The notes under the pieces are model-generated. The model did no database searches, was not told where the DNA came from, and saw only the letters and a list, made by a program, of their open reading frames with translations. The position numbers and the translations under genes are program-made. From a virus, in the IMG/VR virus record IMGVR_UViG_3300037189_014399, positions 32,001-96,000 of that record: DNA of 64,000 nucleotides. The stretch is one strand, 5' to 3'. How positions within the stretch are numbered: position 1 is the first letter of the stretch; every line of letters starts with the position of its first letter. This document shows positions 28,741-36,710 of the stretch, in pieces.

Positions 28741-29340
28741 TTATACACTGAATCTAATAGTCTCTTTGTCTGGAAGAGAAGCAGTAATCGATATATTTGG
28801 CGGTTGAGTGACTGGGTAGATTTTATCAAGTACATCAGGCAATAGCTCTGAATACACTCGAATAGTATAGACGTTACTAAACAATCTTTTATCCTGTTCA
28901 GTTCTGTCTCTTTTGACGTAGCCTAAGAAGTCCACACGTCGGGCTGTGCCGTCTTGTGGAATTAGTAGCTGGCCAAATCTAAATGGGATATATCCCGGGG
29001 ATAGCAGAGTGGCAATGATCTGTCGATCATGCTGTGGATATCTGCAGTATGTTGTTATCTGATAGTCAAGGTTTACTGGGATTGGATACCAGGTTTTAGC
29101 AACCTCGGTAGCTCCCTCAGGAATATATGAAGTCTCTACATATCCTCTGTGGGCACGATCATTGGCTTCAGATACATCTATAAGTTCAATAGTGATGTAT
29201 GGGTAAGACTGCTGACGAATAGCAAGGTCTGGCTGACCGTAGAAGACAGCCACTGGACGATTAGGGTTTGCCTGATCTGAGACAGTGATGCCTTTTAGCA
29301 ATTCTTTTACAGCAGCATCTTCATTGAGAAGGAATGTCAT
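28741..29340 (-). CDS. tail completion/terminator protein
   Basis: YPYITI, P.PVNLDYQIT; directly upstream of sheath. Confidence 0.6.
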   Translation of the reverse strand: MTFLLNEDAAVKELLKGITVSDQANPNRPVAVFYGQPDLAIRQQSYPYITIELIDVSEANDRAHRGYVETSYIPEGATEVAKTWYPIPVNLDYQITTYCRYPQHDRQIIATLLSPGYIPFRFGQLLIPQDGTARRVDFLGYVKRDRTEQDKRLFSNVYTIRVYSELLPDVLDKIYPVTQPPNISITASLPDKETIRFSV

Positions 29341-29651
29341 AGTAGGCCCTCTTCTTCAAAGGCAAGATCAAACTCAGCAGTTATATCGTCTTCACTTATG
29401 TCATTTAAGAATCGACGGATGAATGGATCTGCTGGCTCGCCTTCAGGGCCGAACTCGTCATCATAGATCTCATCACTGTGATGATAGGGAAAGTTGGCTT
29501 CAAAGATATCTTCTTCATGAGAGATCTCAAGCATGCGGCCGTAAGACTTACCTACAGTCTCGGCTTCGTACTGAATCTTTGCAGTTAGGGTTTGATCTAA
29601 CCGTTTATCTGCTACTCCAAATGCGTTTAGGACTCTGGCTCTGATGGTCAC
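29337..29651 (-). CDS. acidic hypothetical (possible neck protein)
   Basis: D.EFG....PA.PFIR pattern; GTGA-coupled. Confidence 0.5.
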   Translation of the reverse strand: MTIRARVLNAFGVADKRLDQTLTAKIQYEAETVGKSYGRMLEISHEEDIFEANFPYHHSDEIYDDEFGPEGEPADPFIRRFLNDISEDDITAEFDLAFEEEGLL

Positions 29652-29806
29652 TTAGTCCGCCTTGAAGCTAGGTACCCTGCAATTAAACCAACGGCAATTT
29701 TTGTATTTGCCTTCTTAGGGTCTGCAGATCCCGTAACTCCACGGATAAACTCTCGGCGGTCAGCCTCGGACTCCTCACGTAGGAGGCGTCGAACTAGCAT
29801 AATCAT
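29648..29806 (-). CDS. hypothetical 52-aa protein
   Basis: Not in track. SD GGAGG; MIMLVRRLLREESEADRREFIRG...LIAGYLASRRTK; stop overlaps the next GTG. Confidence 0.6.
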   Translation of the reverse strand: MIMLVRRLLREESEADRREFIRGVTGSADPKKANTKIAVGLIAGYLASRRTK

Positions 29807-29877
29807 CAAAATCCTCCAGTAGAAGGCGCAGGGTCTTGCAGCAAAATCCCAAGGGTTTGGGCGTCAAGACAAGGATA

Positions 29878-29903
29878 AAGCAAAGGCCCCCAGTTGGGGG
29901 CCT
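29878..29903 (-). terminator. Rho-independent terminator
   Basis: AGGCCCCC-AACT-GGGGGCCT then TTGCTTT on the minus strand. Confidence 0.8.
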
Positions 29904-29908
29904 AAGCA

Positions 29909-30052
29909 TTACTTCTTCTTGACAGCCTTTTTCTTAGTTGTCTTCTTGACCTTCTTAGCTAGCTTGGCATCATTCTTTTCATCCTGAGCCTCAAACTTTT
30001 TCTTCTGAGCTGGGGTCATGCCCTTTTCAAACTTGCTATCTTTGTGTGCCAT
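29909..30052 (-). CDS. 47-aa Lys-rich protein
   Basis: Not in track. MAHKDSKFEKGMTPAQKKKFEAQDEKNDAKLAKKVKKTTKKKAVKKK; TAATG-coupled. Confidence 0.75.
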   Translation of the reverse strand: MAHKDSKFEKGMTPAQKKKFEAQDEKNDAKLAKKVKKTTKKKAVKKK

Positions 30053-30192
30053 TACATTCCCTTCTTACGGTTCATTGACTTCTTCTTGGCTGGGGCAGGG
30101 GCTGACTTCTTAGCAAACTTCTTATTTGCTGCAGACAGGGTCTTCTCCCCATGCTTAGCTTTTGGCTTCATGCAGCCACAGGTAGCGCACAT
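30052..30192 (-). CDS. 46-aa Lys-rich protein with N-terminal MCxxCGC
   Basis: Not in track. MCATCGCMKPKAKHGEKTLSAANKKFAKK...; TAATG-coupled on both sides. Confidence 0.75.
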   Translation of the reverse strand: MCATCGCMKPKAKHGEKTLSAANKKFAKKSAPAPAKKKSMNRKKGM

Positions 30193-30368
30193 TACTTCTT
30201 CTTCTTTCTTAGAGCAGCAAAGTCAGATCCCTCTAACTCACCGTTGTTATTTGCATCAAGCTTCTTTTGCTTAGCTGTAAGGGGTTTCTTAGCAGCTTTC
30301 TTTTTACCCTTTTTGCAGGCACCTTTGCAGCCAGGCTTTGAGCAGCCACATCCACATGATTTACACAT
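30192..30368 (-). CDS. 58-aa Cys/Lys-rich protein with EF-hand-like loop
   Basis: Not in track. MCKSCGCGCSKPGCKGACKKGKKK...KLDANNNGELEGSDFAALRKKKK; TAATG-coupled. Confidence 0.75.
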   Translation of the reverse strand: MCKSCGCGCSKPGCKGACKKGKKKAAKKPLTAKQKKLDANNNGELEGSDFAALRKKKK

Positions 30369-30574
30369 TATTTTTTACCTTTCTTATGGGGGTTCTTCTT
30401 ATGCCATTCTTTAGTAGCTTTGACGCCTTGCTTTACTGTCTTAGCTCCGGCCTTCTCAGTAAGATTAATCTTATCCCACTTTGGGTCGTTCTTACCGGCG
30501 TGATCAACTATCACATCGCCTTTTTTATTCTTCTTGACCTCGTGGACCTTGCCACTAACTTTTATTTTTGCCAT
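30368..30574 (-). CDS. 68-aa Lys-rich protein
   Basis: ORF track; TAATG-coupled on both sides. Confidence 0.75.
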   Translation of the reverse strand: MAKIKVSGKVHEVKKNKKGDVIVDHAGKNDPKWDKINLTEKAGAKTVKQGVKATKEWHKKNPHKKGKK

Positions 30575-31902
30575 TATTGAGCCAAGTAACTTCCCGATAA
30601 GTTAAAGGTTGTAGAGGTAGCAAAGTTACCAAGAAGGTTTTTAGTCAATGGGTCAAGTACTAGCTTGTTTCCAGGACCACCTGCGCTCTGCCCGTAGAGG
30701 GTAATAGTTGTAGAGCCAGCGGTTGTTGTGCCCACAATTGGGTAGATGGTTCCACCGATATTGAGAGTGCCTGAGAGGCTTGATGGGCCATAAGCTGCAA
30801 CTGGCAGTGTGAGGGTATAGGCACCTGTTCCAAAGTTAGAGACGTTGGTGCAAGCAACTGCAATCTGGAATTGGATAATCTTGCCAGTTCTTGCGTAGTA
30901 GCTAGTAGTAGGTGTGCCACTAAAAATAAGACCAGTACCCGCCCATGTAGACGTGTAAGAGGTATTAGCTGGTGAGACGTAAGCTGTGGTCTGGCTAGTA
31001 GAGTCGTTATAGTTAACTGTAGTAACAGCTAGAGTAGGCAACTGAGCCTGAGCAATTCCGTCAATATTAAAAACACCGTTGTTAATGGTAATGCCGGCAT
31101 TACTACCTAATGATTGATCTGTAATATATATGGTTCCGGGCCCGACGTGTATAGACTTCCAACGAAGAGCATCTGAACCTAAGTTGTAGGTATTATCTAG
31201 GGCAGGAATTACATCCGTAGAAATATTATTAAGGCTGGCTGCTTGAGCAAAGACAATGTTGTCCGTGCCAATCTTAATGCCGTAATCAACCATAGTTCCT
31301 GTCAAACTCTCAAAGAACGTTTTGTTTCCATTAAGAGTTCCATAAAGAACAAGTACTTGATCGCCTTGAGATACTTGACCTTGAACACTATTATCATAAT
31401 CAGTAGCACGGGTAAGAATAGGTGTTAGACCAGCAACCATACGGGTTGCCACATAGATACCATTTTGTTTAGCATCTACTTGGTCTTTAATAAGAACACG
31501 GTCATTTGGAGCAATAGTGCGACTATCAAGTCCAATAACCCCCGGTGTAGTCGATGTAAAGTTTGCACCAACACCGGTTCCACCATCAGCGCCTGCGCTA
31601 CCTGCGTGGTAAGTCCAAACACCGCTAAGAGGTGCAGTAGTGGCAGCAACAACCGCAGCGTGAATATTGGTTGTGCCTGCAGGACCTGTAGGTCCTGTTG
31701 CTCCTACTGCTCCCGTGGATCCAGTGGCACCAGCTGGTCCAGTTGGGCCCACAGCTCCTGTGGATCCAGTTGGGCCAGTTGCTCCCGTTGCTCCTGCACT
31801 TCCTGCAGCACCTGTAGGTCCAGTCGTTCCCGTGTCACCCTTTGCTCCAACCGGTCCTTGTGGACCAACTCCTCCGCTATTTGAATAATGAATGTTTGCC
31901 AT
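30574..31902 (-). CDS. collagen-like fibre protein
   Basis: N-terminal Gly-X-Y run, DRVLIKDQ....QNGIY...LTRATDYD module, beta-rich C-terminal head. Confidence 0.8.
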   Translation of the reverse strand: MANIHYSNSGGVGPQGPVGAKGDTGTTGPTGAAGSAGATGATGPTGSTGAVGPTGPAGATGSTGAVGATGPTGPAGTTNIHAAVVAATTAPLSGVWTYHAGSAGADGGTGVGANFTSTTPGVIGLDSRTIAPNDRVLIKDQVDAKQNGIYVATRMVAGLTPILTRATDYDNSVQGQVSQGDQVLVLYGTLNGNKTFFESLTGTMVDYGIKIGTDNIVFAQAASLNNISTDVIPALDNTYNLGSDALRWKSIHVGPGTIYITDQSLGSNAGITINNGVFNIDGIAQAQLPTLAVTTVNYNDSTSQTTAYVSPANTSYTSTWAGTGLIFSGTPTTSYYARTGKIIQFQIAVACTNVSNFGTGAYTLTLPVAAYGPSSLSGTLNIGGTIYPIVGTTTAGSTTITLYGQSAGGPGNKLVLDPLTKNLLGNFATSTTFNLSGSYLAQ

Positions 31903-32180
31903 TATCGATTAACCTTTAGAACTGCTACGTAACCTGCTCCACTTGAAGATAACGCATAAACTTCATCTGTTGTGTAAAGGTTATCAATTGTAAGCGCTCC
32001 ACCGGCAACGATTGAGCAACCGTAGGATGTAGAAGTTAATCCAGCCCCACCAACATATACTGTTGTTGACCCAAGATTTTGTATTTGAATGGTGCAGCTT
32101 AATCCAGATTCAGCTCCAGCTTCTGTAACCATTACAGGGGTAGTGTCATTTACTGCTATACGTGCATGTGATAGTGGCAT
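31902..32180 (-). CDS. small beta-rich virion protein
   Basis: IQNLG...VYVGG motif; coupled to the collagen gene. Confidence 0.55.
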   Translation of the reverse strand: MPLSHARIAVNDTTPVMVTEAGAESGLSCTIQIQNLGSTTVYVGGAGLTSTSYGCSIVAGGALTIDNLYTTDEVYALSSSGAGYVAVLKVNR

Positions 32181-32189
32181 TTCATTCCT

Positions 32190-32753
32190 TTAGTTAGCTG
32201 CGTTATAACTTGCATACTGTAAAAATTGTGGATCATTATCCATTTCTTCAGGGTTAACCTGTAGACAATCAATGGTACATATTGTGTACTTACCCTTAAT
32301 TATACCCTTTTGAGTTATCTGATCGGGTGTAAATACTTCATTTCTAAATACAACACGATCACGTAGGAAGTGGTCTGGGTTAGCCATGAGCTGATCAAGA
32401 CGATCAATGGACGGGAATACTGATCCGGATACCTGGCTGTTCTCTTCTAAGATATCCATGTTAAGAGTGATGCGAAGAACGTCAGTGTTATAGAAACCAC
32501 GGTCAGTCTGCATTGTCACACCCTGGAACAAGGCGGCACGAATTACCGGAATCTTATGTGGCCCATTAAAGTAGCGACCCCCATGAGCAGATCCAACGTC
32601 ATAGACTGGATCAACTACGGTTCTCTCCGGGTCGTAGAACCACCAGTCAATGTACTGACCTACGGTGTAGACCAGCTCGCTATTGGTGCCCGCAATAATA
32701 GACTCACGCTCTGAATCTATATTGAAACGACCTTCTACTCTTTGTCCACGCAT
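32190..32753 (-). CDS. head closure / neck protein
   Basis: DPVYDVG, RGFY..D.L, DRVVFRNEVF; size and position. Confidence 0.55.
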   Translation of the reverse strand: MRGQRVEGRFNIDSERESIIAGTNSELVYTVGQYIDWWFYDPERTVVDPVYDVGSAHGGRYFNGPHKIPVIRAALFQGVTMQTDRGFYNTDVLRITLNMDILEENSQVSGSVFPSIDRLDQLMANPDHFLRDRVVFRNEVFTPDQITQKGIIKGKYTICTIDCLQVNPEEMDNDPQFLQYASYNAAN

Positions 32754-32767
32754 ATGAGCATTGTTCC

Positions 32768-33610
32768 TTATCTACCCTGACCTGTCAGGCCATGCAAGAT
32801 CTCTGATCTAACTATGTCTTTGATTCCCAAAGCATTTTGATATGGGAACCTATTTCTAGCTATCTTCTTTGGTGTCTCTATTAGGGCGTCTGAGTACTCG
32901 GCTAGTACCTCTACTCCGTACTCCTTGTACAGGGTTAAGATCGTATCTAGATCAGTATCAATACCAGAGCATACGTCGTAAGTAAGATTTGCTAGTCCAT
33001 CTAGGACTATGGATAAAGCAAGCACATTTATGTTAGCCACATCCATAACGTGAGAGTAATCTCTAGGGAATGTCTTTCTGTTCACTATAAAGGGTTTGCT
33101 GTCCCTTACACAGGATCTAATAACGTCAAATACATTCCCAACCTGGTATTGACTTGGAGGCTCTATTAAACCACCTACGTTAAAGTATCTAAGGATTATG
33201 TGATTAACTTTAGATTCTTTTAAGAGCTGTTCAAAAATAGACTTTGATCTTGAATAGGGATTTTCCCCATAGTAAACCGCAGCACTTGAAGCAAACACCA
33301 TGGGGATATTCAACTGCTCACAGACCCTTAATAGGTTTAGACTAGACACTAGATTATTAAAATAATACTCAGTAGGATTATTCTTTGAGTCAGGTATGCT
33401 TTTAAGTGCAGCCAAATGCAACACCGCCTTGATGTTATTAGTCACTATAAGATTATAGAGATCTTTATAATCTATTAAGTCTGTAGGGTTATTAGAATGG
33501 ATGTCTATAGGTAATGAGTTAGAAAGAAGACTTAAGGTAGCTCTTCCTATATACCCGTCTCCCCCAGTTATAAGAACCCTACTGTTGTTGCTTAAGGACT
33601 TCTGCTCCAT
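32768..33610 (-). CDS. NAD-dependent nucleotide-sugar epimerase (GalE-like)
   Basis: ITGGDGYIG, HLAALK, FASSAAVY, YSRSK (YxxxK), LRYFNV, RDYSHV.D.A. Confidence 0.88.
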   Translation of the reverse strand: MEQKSLSNNSRVLITGGDGYIGRATLSLLSNSLPIDIHSNNPTDLIDYKDLYNLIVTNNIKAVLHLAALKSIPDSKNNPTEYYFNNLVSSLNLLRVCEQLNIPMVFASSAAVYYGENPYSRSKSIFEQLLKESKVNHIILRYFNVGGLIEPPSQYQVGNVFDVIRSCVRDSKPFIVNRKTFPRDYSHVMDVANINVLALSIVLDGLANLTYDVCSGIDTDLDTILTLYKEYGVEVLAEYSDALIETPKKIARNRFPYQNALGIKDIVRSEILHGLTGQGR

Positions 33611-34496
33611 TAGACAGAATCCTTCCGTTTACAAAATCCAACCCACAGTAATCACCATAGTCTTTTAGACTTCGTTGTGTGCCAAGGCGATATTCCCCAG
33701 TCAGGGCTTCTGTTAAAACAAGTTTTATCTCATCTATAGACACTTGGTTTAGAGACGCACACAACTCTGGAAAATCTGGACACACCTGCCTACGTTTATT
33801 GTCCTTATCAGCTTCCCAATAAAGGTGGTACATAAACTGTCTGGTTGGAACCATTAAGGTATACCCCATAGTAAACGCACGAGCAGCCATAAAGATTTCT
33901 TCACCGTCAGCAAAGATAAGTTCATTAGGTTTCATAAACTCACCCTCTACAAATATGGATCCACCAGAGACGCTAAGTGAGGTGTGTAAAAATTCCTTTG
34001 GGGCATAAGATCCTTGCATAGGTGTTCTGAACAACTTAAATCGTTCTGGATCTTTCCAGTAGAACTGAGTAACTACATCCTCAACTTGCCTTACTACCTC
34101 ATTACCACCCTCATACCAGTATAGCTTTGGGTAGTTTGTTATAAGCGGTTTTTCTACACCCTCTGACTTATAAAAGTCCATAAGGTTTATTAAATAACTG
34201 TCCCAGTTCCTATCAAACCTACTATGAGAATCTACCTGTAAATAGTAATCCTCACCAGAATAAAATTGATGGGCTATAGCTCTTCCTTTACCCATACCTA
34301 AATTATCTGGAGCCTTACTGTAAAATACTTTTACATTTGGTAGGTTAGGAACCTCTATTGTGTTTTCTTCAAAGAAGATTGAGTGAACACCAAAGTTAAT
34401 CGTGTTAATTCCAGAAGCTTTTTCTATAGCATCAAAAATTGTCTTACTTAATTCTTGATCATGATAAGAAGTAATCTGTATGAAAATACTTTTCAT
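33579..34496 (-). CDS. GT60/Gnt1-like GlcNAc transferase
   Basis: SIFIQITSY.D.EL..TI.DA...A; G.G.GR.IA..FY.GEDYYLQVDSHSRF...WD; F..GEEI..AARAFT.GY...P.....HLY. Confidence 0.8.
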   Translation of the reverse strand: MKSIFIQITSYHDQELSKTIFDAIEKASGINTINFGVHSIFFEENTIEVPNLPNVKVFYSKAPDNLGMGKGRAIAHQFYSGEDYYLQVDSHSRFDRNWDSYLINLMDFYKSEGVEKPLITNYPKLYWYEGGNEVVRQVEDVVTQFYWKDPERFKLFRTPMQGSYAPKEFLHTSLSVSGGSIFVEGEFMKPNELIFADGEEIFMAARAFTMGYTLMVPTRQFMYHLYWEADKDNKRRQVCPDFPELCASLNQVSIDEIKLVLTEALTGEYRLGTQRSLKDYGDYCGLDFVNGRILSNGAEVLKQQQ

Positions 34497-35467
34497 TAGT
34501 CACTCCATACTGCGTGTGAGCAAGTAGTGCATAGTGTTTTAAATGAATGTTCTATCATCTCTATGCGCCGATTGCTTTCCCAAATCTCCTTTATAGAAGA
34601 GTCGTTTACGTTTCCAAAAACAGTTTCAAAGTCATAGTCATTACAGCAGATAAACACATCACCATTAGCGTTTACATGTAACCAGGTTTTGGTTCTATCT
34701 CCCATGTTAGTACAGCCAACAACCTTTGTTCCTTTTTTATTGTACCTTTCAATTGCTGGCATATTTGTCATTACTTTTGCTTTGTCTAGGTACCCGGCAC
34801 GATCAACTAACCCAATATTTGAAAACACATTAATGGTAGGAAAGATTCTTTTAAAATCTCTAAGGGCATTTGAAAGATCTCCAGTCTCAGGAGATAGATC
34901 TAAGACAGGCATATTTTCTAGGGGTTGCATCCATCCCCCATTTACAGGTAAAGACCTTTCATCAATTCCGTTTACTTGAATTGATAGCATATGGGCAGGA
35001 AGTTGAGACACCGCATAATTTAAATTATCCGTTACCCGGTTATGAATCTTTGGGTTCTTTCCAGTCATCCTTGACCATACCTCTGGATCTGCAGAGGGAA
35101 TATTAAAGTTAATTAGATCGACAACATCCTGATACTCTTTTATAAGATCAGTCTTCTCCGGTGTTAGGGGAATGCCATTTGTTAAAACCATAGTTCTAAG
35201 AGATAGTTCACGAAGTAGGTCCAGCATCCCATGAAAGTCTTTGTATAAAAGAACTTCGTTATAGTGCGCTGTATATACAAACGTAAACTGAGGGGAAACA
35301 AAATCTCCCATTCCCTCTTTAAGCTGGGTAAGGATACTTCTTACTGTCTCTAGTGGCATGTTCTTTCTTCCAACCTCAGGGTTGGGAGAGTATGCCACAG
35401 GACAAAACCAACAACCTGAATTACACAGGCCATTTGGATCTAGTTGAAGTAACTGAATCTGTGACAT
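34496..35467 (-). CDS. radical SAM enzyme with SPASM/twitch domain
   Basis: CNSGCWFC (CX3CX2C), LTNG, C-terminal C...NANGDVFICCND....GNV...IKEIW...CTTC. Start MSQIQ at 35467. Confidence 0.9.
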   Translation of the reverse strand: MSQIQLLQLDPNGLCNSGCWFCPVAYSPNPEVGRKNMPLETVRSILTQLKEGMGDFVSPQFTFVYTAHYNEVLLYKDFHGMLDLLRELSLRTMVLTNGIPLTPEKTDLIKEYQDVVDLINFNIPSADPEVWSRMTGKNPKIHNRVTDNLNYAVSQLPAHMLSIQVNGIDERSLPVNGGWMQPLENMPVLDLSPETGDLSNALRDFKRIFPTINVFSNIGLVDRAGYLDKAKVMTNMPAIERYNKKGTKVVGCTNMGDRTKTWLHVNANGDVFICCNDYDFETVFGNVNDSSIKEIWESNRRIEMIEHSFKTLCTTCSHAVWSD

Positions 35468-35471
35468 TAAG

Positions 35472-36080
35472 TTAATTCCACCACGCAACTACGGCATATC
35501 GAAGTCCTGAGATTACAGGGTGTACGCTATGGTTATAGATGTAGTTAGATGGAAACATAATCATTTGATTAGCTTTTGGTTTAATCTTTAAACCAAATCT
35601 AGGGAATTCAATTTCCCCACCTTCATAGTCTTCATTAAGATAGAAGCTCATAGATACTGTTCTTGGAAAGGCCCTAGAATCATCAAAGTGATTTATAAAG
35701 TGATTGTCTTTTCCATACTTAAGTATCTGCCAACCTTCTGATACGTACCATTGTCCTGCAGCATGACTGTTCTTATAGTGAAGGATGGCTTCATTAAGTT
35801 CCTCATTTAAAAGATCATGAAGAGCAAGCATGGCTCCACCACTTGTGTTTCTAAGCTCTGGATTGGCATCGTATGCCGGCAATGACATTACTTTACAATC
35901 ACGAATGCTCTTTACAGCTTTTGGTGAGTCTTCCTCCTGCCCGCTGCTTTGGTTAGCTTCAGCCCAAGCTAGGTTATTGATCTCTACTAGCCCTTCAAGG
36001 TCTGAAATAAAACCAGCGGGATCAGACATAACATTGGTGTAACTAACAATACCTGGTGCTAGTACTTCTACCTCAAACAT
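35472..36080 (-). CDS. 2OG-Fe(II) oxygenase, prolyl 4-hydroxylase-like
   Basis: QILKY...HF..HFD (HxD), YLNEDYEGGEIEF, IKPK....IMFPS...Y.HSV.PV.SG.RY. Confidence 0.9.
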   Translation of the reverse strand: MFEVEVLAPGIVSYTNVMSDPAGFISDLEGLVEINNLAWAEANQSSGQEEDSPKAVKSIRDCKVMSLPAYDANPELRNTSGGAMLALHDLLNEELNEAILHYKNSHAAGQWYVSEGWQILKYGKDNHFINHFDDSRAFPRTVSMSFYLNEDYEGGEIEFPRFGLKIKPKANQMIMFPSNYIYNHSVHPVISGLRYAVVAWWN

Positions 36081-36312
36081 CTACTTTGCCCCACTTTCCA
36101 ATTGGACATTCTGCTCCTGGAAGAGTTGTTTTAATCTTCATAAAGCATCCGCACTTCTTGCATTGTTTTGTAAGTTTAATAAGTTCTGGACATGCTTGAC
36201 ACATACCCCATCGCTCCTCATACACAGCATCGCTTACTCGTTCCGCTGTTGTAATAAGGTCCCAAGGTCTAGTTTCACCAAGGTTCTTCTTATAATCTTC
36301 CCATCTAGACAC
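36073..36312 (-). CDS. small Cys-rich protein
   Basis: CQAC...CKKCGCFM..K......CPIGKW. Confidence 0.75.
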   Translation of the reverse strand: MSRWEDYKKNLGETRPWDLITTAERVSDAVYEERWGMCQACPELIKLTKQCKKCGCFMKIKTTLPGAECPIGKWGKVDV

Positions 36313-36685
36313 TAGCTATTACCTCCTTGAATTCGCCGTTTACATAGCTCCAACCAGGGACTATAGCTGAAGAGTAACCAGTATCGATAGAAACGTCAAT
36401 TACTGTAGGCTCTGAAGAAAGAATTGCCCACATTTTTTCATCACATTGGATGGTTTCAATCTCTTGTTTATCCTTTATAACATCCACATAAAAAAGAGGA
36501 GGTGTTACAGGAAGTTCCTTGAATCGATCTGCGGTAAGCAAAAGGTTGGCTGCATCTACCTCAAGTGCTAGGACCTCGGCAACCTCATTGCCTACAATAA
36601 AGGCTACAGCTCTTGATGGTATTCCTTGAAGTTTCTTTTCTACTGCGGAATCGCCGGATCGTATATGGTCTTTTAATATAAACAT
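36305..36685 (-). CDS. hypothetical protein (possible fibre assembly factor)
   Basis: Duplicated AxL motif, C-terminal GW.Y..G.F; directly downstream of the 808-aa gene. Confidence 0.55.
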   Translation of the reverse strand: MFILKDHIRSGDSAVEKKLQGIPSRAVAFIVGNEVAEVLALEVDAANLLLTADRFKELPVTPPLFYVDVIKDKQEIETIQCDEKMWAILSSEPTVIDVSIDTGYSSAIVPGWSYVNGEFKEVIASV

Positions 36686-36710
36686 TTAATGCCTTTCGTC
36701 TAGTAGAAGT

